DNA of 64,000 bases, from contig CAWGKG010000019.1 of assembly GCA_963823035.1 (NCBI GenBank), positions 1-64,000 of the forward strand. Direction: 5' to 3'. This document shows, one piece after another, positions 60,728-64,000 of the stretch. Numbering within the stretch: the first letter of the stretch is position 1; every line of letters begins with the position of its first letter. This DNA comes from an uncultured Gemmatimonadales bacterium (GTDB taxonomy: Bacteria > Gemmatimonadota > Gemmatimonadetes > Longimicrobiales > Gaopeijiaceae). The translations under genes were made by a program, and so were the position numbers. Under the pieces are notes generated by a model. It had not been told where the DNA came from. It saw only the letters and a list, made by a program, of their open reading frames with translations, and made no database searches.

Positions 60728-63700
60728 TCAGGGCTCCGCGGCGCGCAGCACGATCCAGAGCCCGGCGCCGGCCGGCACCCGCACGGCCGCGAGGTCCACG
60801 GGCCCCCCCTCCTGCAGCCCCGCCACGGCCGGGGCCGTGCCCTCCAGCGCCGTGCCCAGCCCGAGCGCCTCGTGGTCCAGGTCGAGGGAGACCACCCGGT
60901 CGCGGTCGGACCAGGAGGCCAGCGCCACCAGCACCCGGTCGTCGCGCACGTACGTGGTGGCCAGGACGTCGTCACGGCCCGTGCGCACCGGGGCGTCGTC
61001 GAGCCAGTAGCCCAGCATGCGGCTGTCCGCGATGCCGAAGTCGCCCATCATCCGCCACACGGGGCGCGGATCGGTGTCGCCGTACTTCCGCGCGGTCATC
61101 CCGTAGAGCATGCCCCGATAGGGGCGTCCGCCGTCCTGGAGCATCTCCCCCATGAGGCCGAAGGGGAGGCCCGACACCTCCGTCATCCAGTAGTCCGGGG
61201 GCTGGCTGTAGTCGAAGTACTCCCCGAACCAGAGGCGCGAGATGTACGGGAAGTGCTCCATGTAGAGCATCGCGCTGTTGATGTAGCCGTCGCGCGGGTT
61301 GAACTGGTTGGCCGAGTGGAGGTCGATCACCACCTCGGGCCGCTCCTGGTGCAGCACGTTCACCAGGCGCCGCACCGTGGCGCGGCTGAAGGCGATGTCG
61401 TCCAGGTAGAGCCCGTCGATGTGCTGGTTCCGGGCCAGCCAGCGGAGCCCCTCGATGTAGTAGTTGGTCCAGCGCGACGTGCCCTTGTCGAGGATGGCCG
61501 CGTCGTCCACACGCCACGCGTGCCAGGCGGCGTGGTAGTGGTCCTGCAGGTGCTCCTGCAGCCAGGAGTGGCCGCCACCGTCACCGTCGTTGAAGATCTC
61601 GTCGCCCAGGCTCCTGAGCGCGAACAGCTCGTGCGCCCTGTAGGTCAGCTCGCGGATGGTGTCGTACAGCTTGACCTTGATCCCCTTCGCGTGCGCCTCG
61701 TCGATGTAGGCCGACTGCTCCTCGAGGTTGAAGAAGGGGTAGTTGATGTACGGGTTGATCTCCGTGGCGTGGTGCACGTTCACGACCGTACCGCCCCACG
61801 CGACCACCGAGTCCACGGGAACGAACTGGTGCACGAAGCGGGTCTCGAAGTGCCGCTTCGTGTCGATGGGCTTGAAGGGCGTCACGAGGAAGCGGACGTC
61901 GAAGTGCAGCGTGTCGCCCGCGGCCAGCGTGCGCGCGCCCCGTGTAGTTGCGGGCCACCACGGCGCCACCCTCCTCGCGGATGCGGATGCCCCCCCGCCC
62001 GCCGTTGTACCAGGAGGGCGGCATGAGGAGCGGCTGGCTCTGGTAGAAGTTCGTGTTGAGCGGGCGCACGTAGTTCTCGTCGCGCAGCACGTACTGCAGG
62101 CCGCGGTTCACCGCGCCCAGCCACACGCCCTCCTGGTGCTTCTCGACCGCCCACGTCCAGTCGACGGAGGCCGGCCGGCGCCCGCCCATGCGCCCGAGCC
62201 CGAGCATGTACGTGGCGGCCCCCGCGTCGTATCGGACCGGGAAGGCGATGTCGTCGACGGCCACGTCCCGCTGCGCCGCCAGCGACATGCGCACCTCCAT
62301 CATGCCGTCGTACTCGATCCTTCCGCGCACGTCGAGTGTCATGCCCTCCGCGACGCTGCGGGCGGCCCACTCCGCGCGGCCGGGCGAGGCGGCGGTCATC
62401 GAGAGCCCCTCGCCGCGGAACGCGAGCGTCCGCCCGTCCACCGACACGTCCAGCGACAGGGGCGCCGCGAGGATCGGCAGCGACGTCTCGGCGAAGCCGG
62501 TCATCTCGGGCGTGAAGAAGCTCTCGATCGAGGCGGGCAGCCCCGAAGCGCCGAGCGTGACGCGACGCCCGAGCAGGGACAGCGTCCGCCCGTCCACCTC
62601 GATCGGCACGAACGGCGGCACGATGTCGTCGGGATCGTCGCCGGCTCTGGAATCGAGCCACGCCAGCCGCGTCATGAGATCGGGCTCGTCCTCCCCGCCG
62701 TTCAGGGCGCGCGCAGCCGCGCACCCGGAGCGACACGCGCACGGTCTGGCTGCCGCGCCGCGCGCTCGCCACCGTGACCGTTCCCTCCACCGTCCCCGCG
62801 CGCTGATCGGCCGGGACGCGCACGCCCAGCCAGAGCGGCTGCACGGCCTGCCGGCCGGCACGTCCACCTCCTTCTCGAAGGCGCGACCGTTCTCGTCCAC
62901 GCCGCCGCAGTCGTAGCACGTCCACGACCAGCCGTCGGGGAAGCCCTGGAACGTCACCTCCACGTCGTCGAGCGGCGCCTCGCCACTCACGACCGCGACC
63001 TGGAAGGTGAACGCCTCGTCGCGCAGCACCTCGCTCTCGAAGGCCGTCGGGTCGGGGAGATCGATCCAGTGGCGTGGGATGAGGCGACGCATCCGTACGG
63101 GACGGTCCCGGTGCTCGGCCACCAACCGCCACCCGTCGGGCGCGCCGGCCATGAACGCGGCCTGTTCCTCGGGGGTGGCGACGACCTCCATCGGGAAGAA
63201 GGAGTGGAAGTCGTTCACCGACTGGATGCGCGTGGCCCGCGCGCGCGGCAGGGAGGCCATGTCGGAATGCCGCCACGCGCGCCGCCCAGGCGGGATCGGG
63301 GGCGGGGGCGAGGTCGGACGGATACGTCACCGTCGGGTAGTATCCCCCGGTGGACGCCCACGGCATGTAGTAGACGTGGTAGGTGGCATGCCCTCGCTCG
63401 GGCTGGAAGACCACGTCGCCCGAGGCGTTCTCCACGCGCGGCGCGAGCGCGTTCGTCACCGGCTCTCCCGTGTCGGCGTCCAGCACCACGACCGCCTTCT
63501 CCTCGGGGTGGGCGTCGTTCCGCCGCCATGGAATCGTCACCACCACCGCGTCGGGCACGCTGTCGCGGACGAGTGCCGGATCGACCTCGACGACCGCGCG
63601 GTGGTTGCCCCACGACGTCCCCTCCGAGCCGGCGGCGAGCCAGGGCGTCCAGTCGCCCGCCTCCCAGGTCACGCCGTCCACCACGTTGGAGAGCGCCGGC

Positions 63701-63816
63701 GCGCGGTAGAGGCGCGCGGTGTCGGGCGTGGACTCGCCACAGGCCGCGACGAGGCCGGCGCTCAGCAGGGCGGCGAGGACGAGGGAGGTTCGCGGGAGGT
63801 ACCGTAGACGGTTCAT
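60728..63816 (-). CDS. Large putative glycoside hydrolase lipoprotein, DUF6067/GH123-related (about 4 frameshifts)
   Basis: Lipobox VAAC; WGNHRAVV, F.PMEV.AT, RLAWLDS, HHATEINPYINYPF, YDTIREL, DGLYLDD, LWFGEYFDY, E.SG.PFGLMGEML. Confidence 0.75.
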
Positions 63817-64000
63817 CGAGCCTTCATCGGGTGATCGCGAGGGAGAGGGCACGGTGCAGGATGCGTCCCTCCACTCCCTGGAGGGCGGGTTCGGTCGGGG
63901 GCGGGGGAGGTGCGGCCGCGCGCCCGGCGAGGGCTGCCCGCGCGGCGGGTGCGAGGAGGTCGAGCGCGGAGGAGGGCGCGCCCCCCCGACCCGCGGCCTG

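Noticed and set aside
888..63816. Frameshifts in about 18 genes as pseudogenization or programmed frameshifting
   Set aside because: They are scattered single-base indels in otherwise intact, conserved genes without in-frame stops or a shared slippery motif; long-read assembly error is the simplest explanation.

Overview
GC-rich (roughly 70% by eye), densely coding bacterial window with about 48 genes and no rRNA, tRNA, CRISPR or transposase that I can see. The gene mix (ADOP permease/PadR, SusC/SusD, PEP-CTERM, many Tat-signal enzymes) suggests Gemmatimonadota; this is inference only. About 18 genes carry single-base frameshifts, including ppdK, mscL and modB, which most likely reflects long-read assembly error. 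Content in order: PPDK regulator and ppdK; GNAT-nitrilase and amidohydrolase; peptidases; a divergent four-gene locus pairing two MscS-family proteins with two paralogous giant helical/AAA+-like proteins, one of them fused to a cation-chloride cotransporter (best candidate for an undescribed system); an orphan CheB-CheR-PAS module; modABC with an XRE-PBP regulator; Tat-exported enzymes; a 167-bp CTAG-flanked palindromic MITE; an ECF-sigma / CmpX-MscS / MscL island with twin back-to-back ECF-like promoters (second candidate); a tandem duplication of sigma54-driven vWA PEP-CTERM genes; and a SusC/D polysaccharide-utilization locus with uncharacterized hydrolases. Family names come from motif recognition, not database searches.
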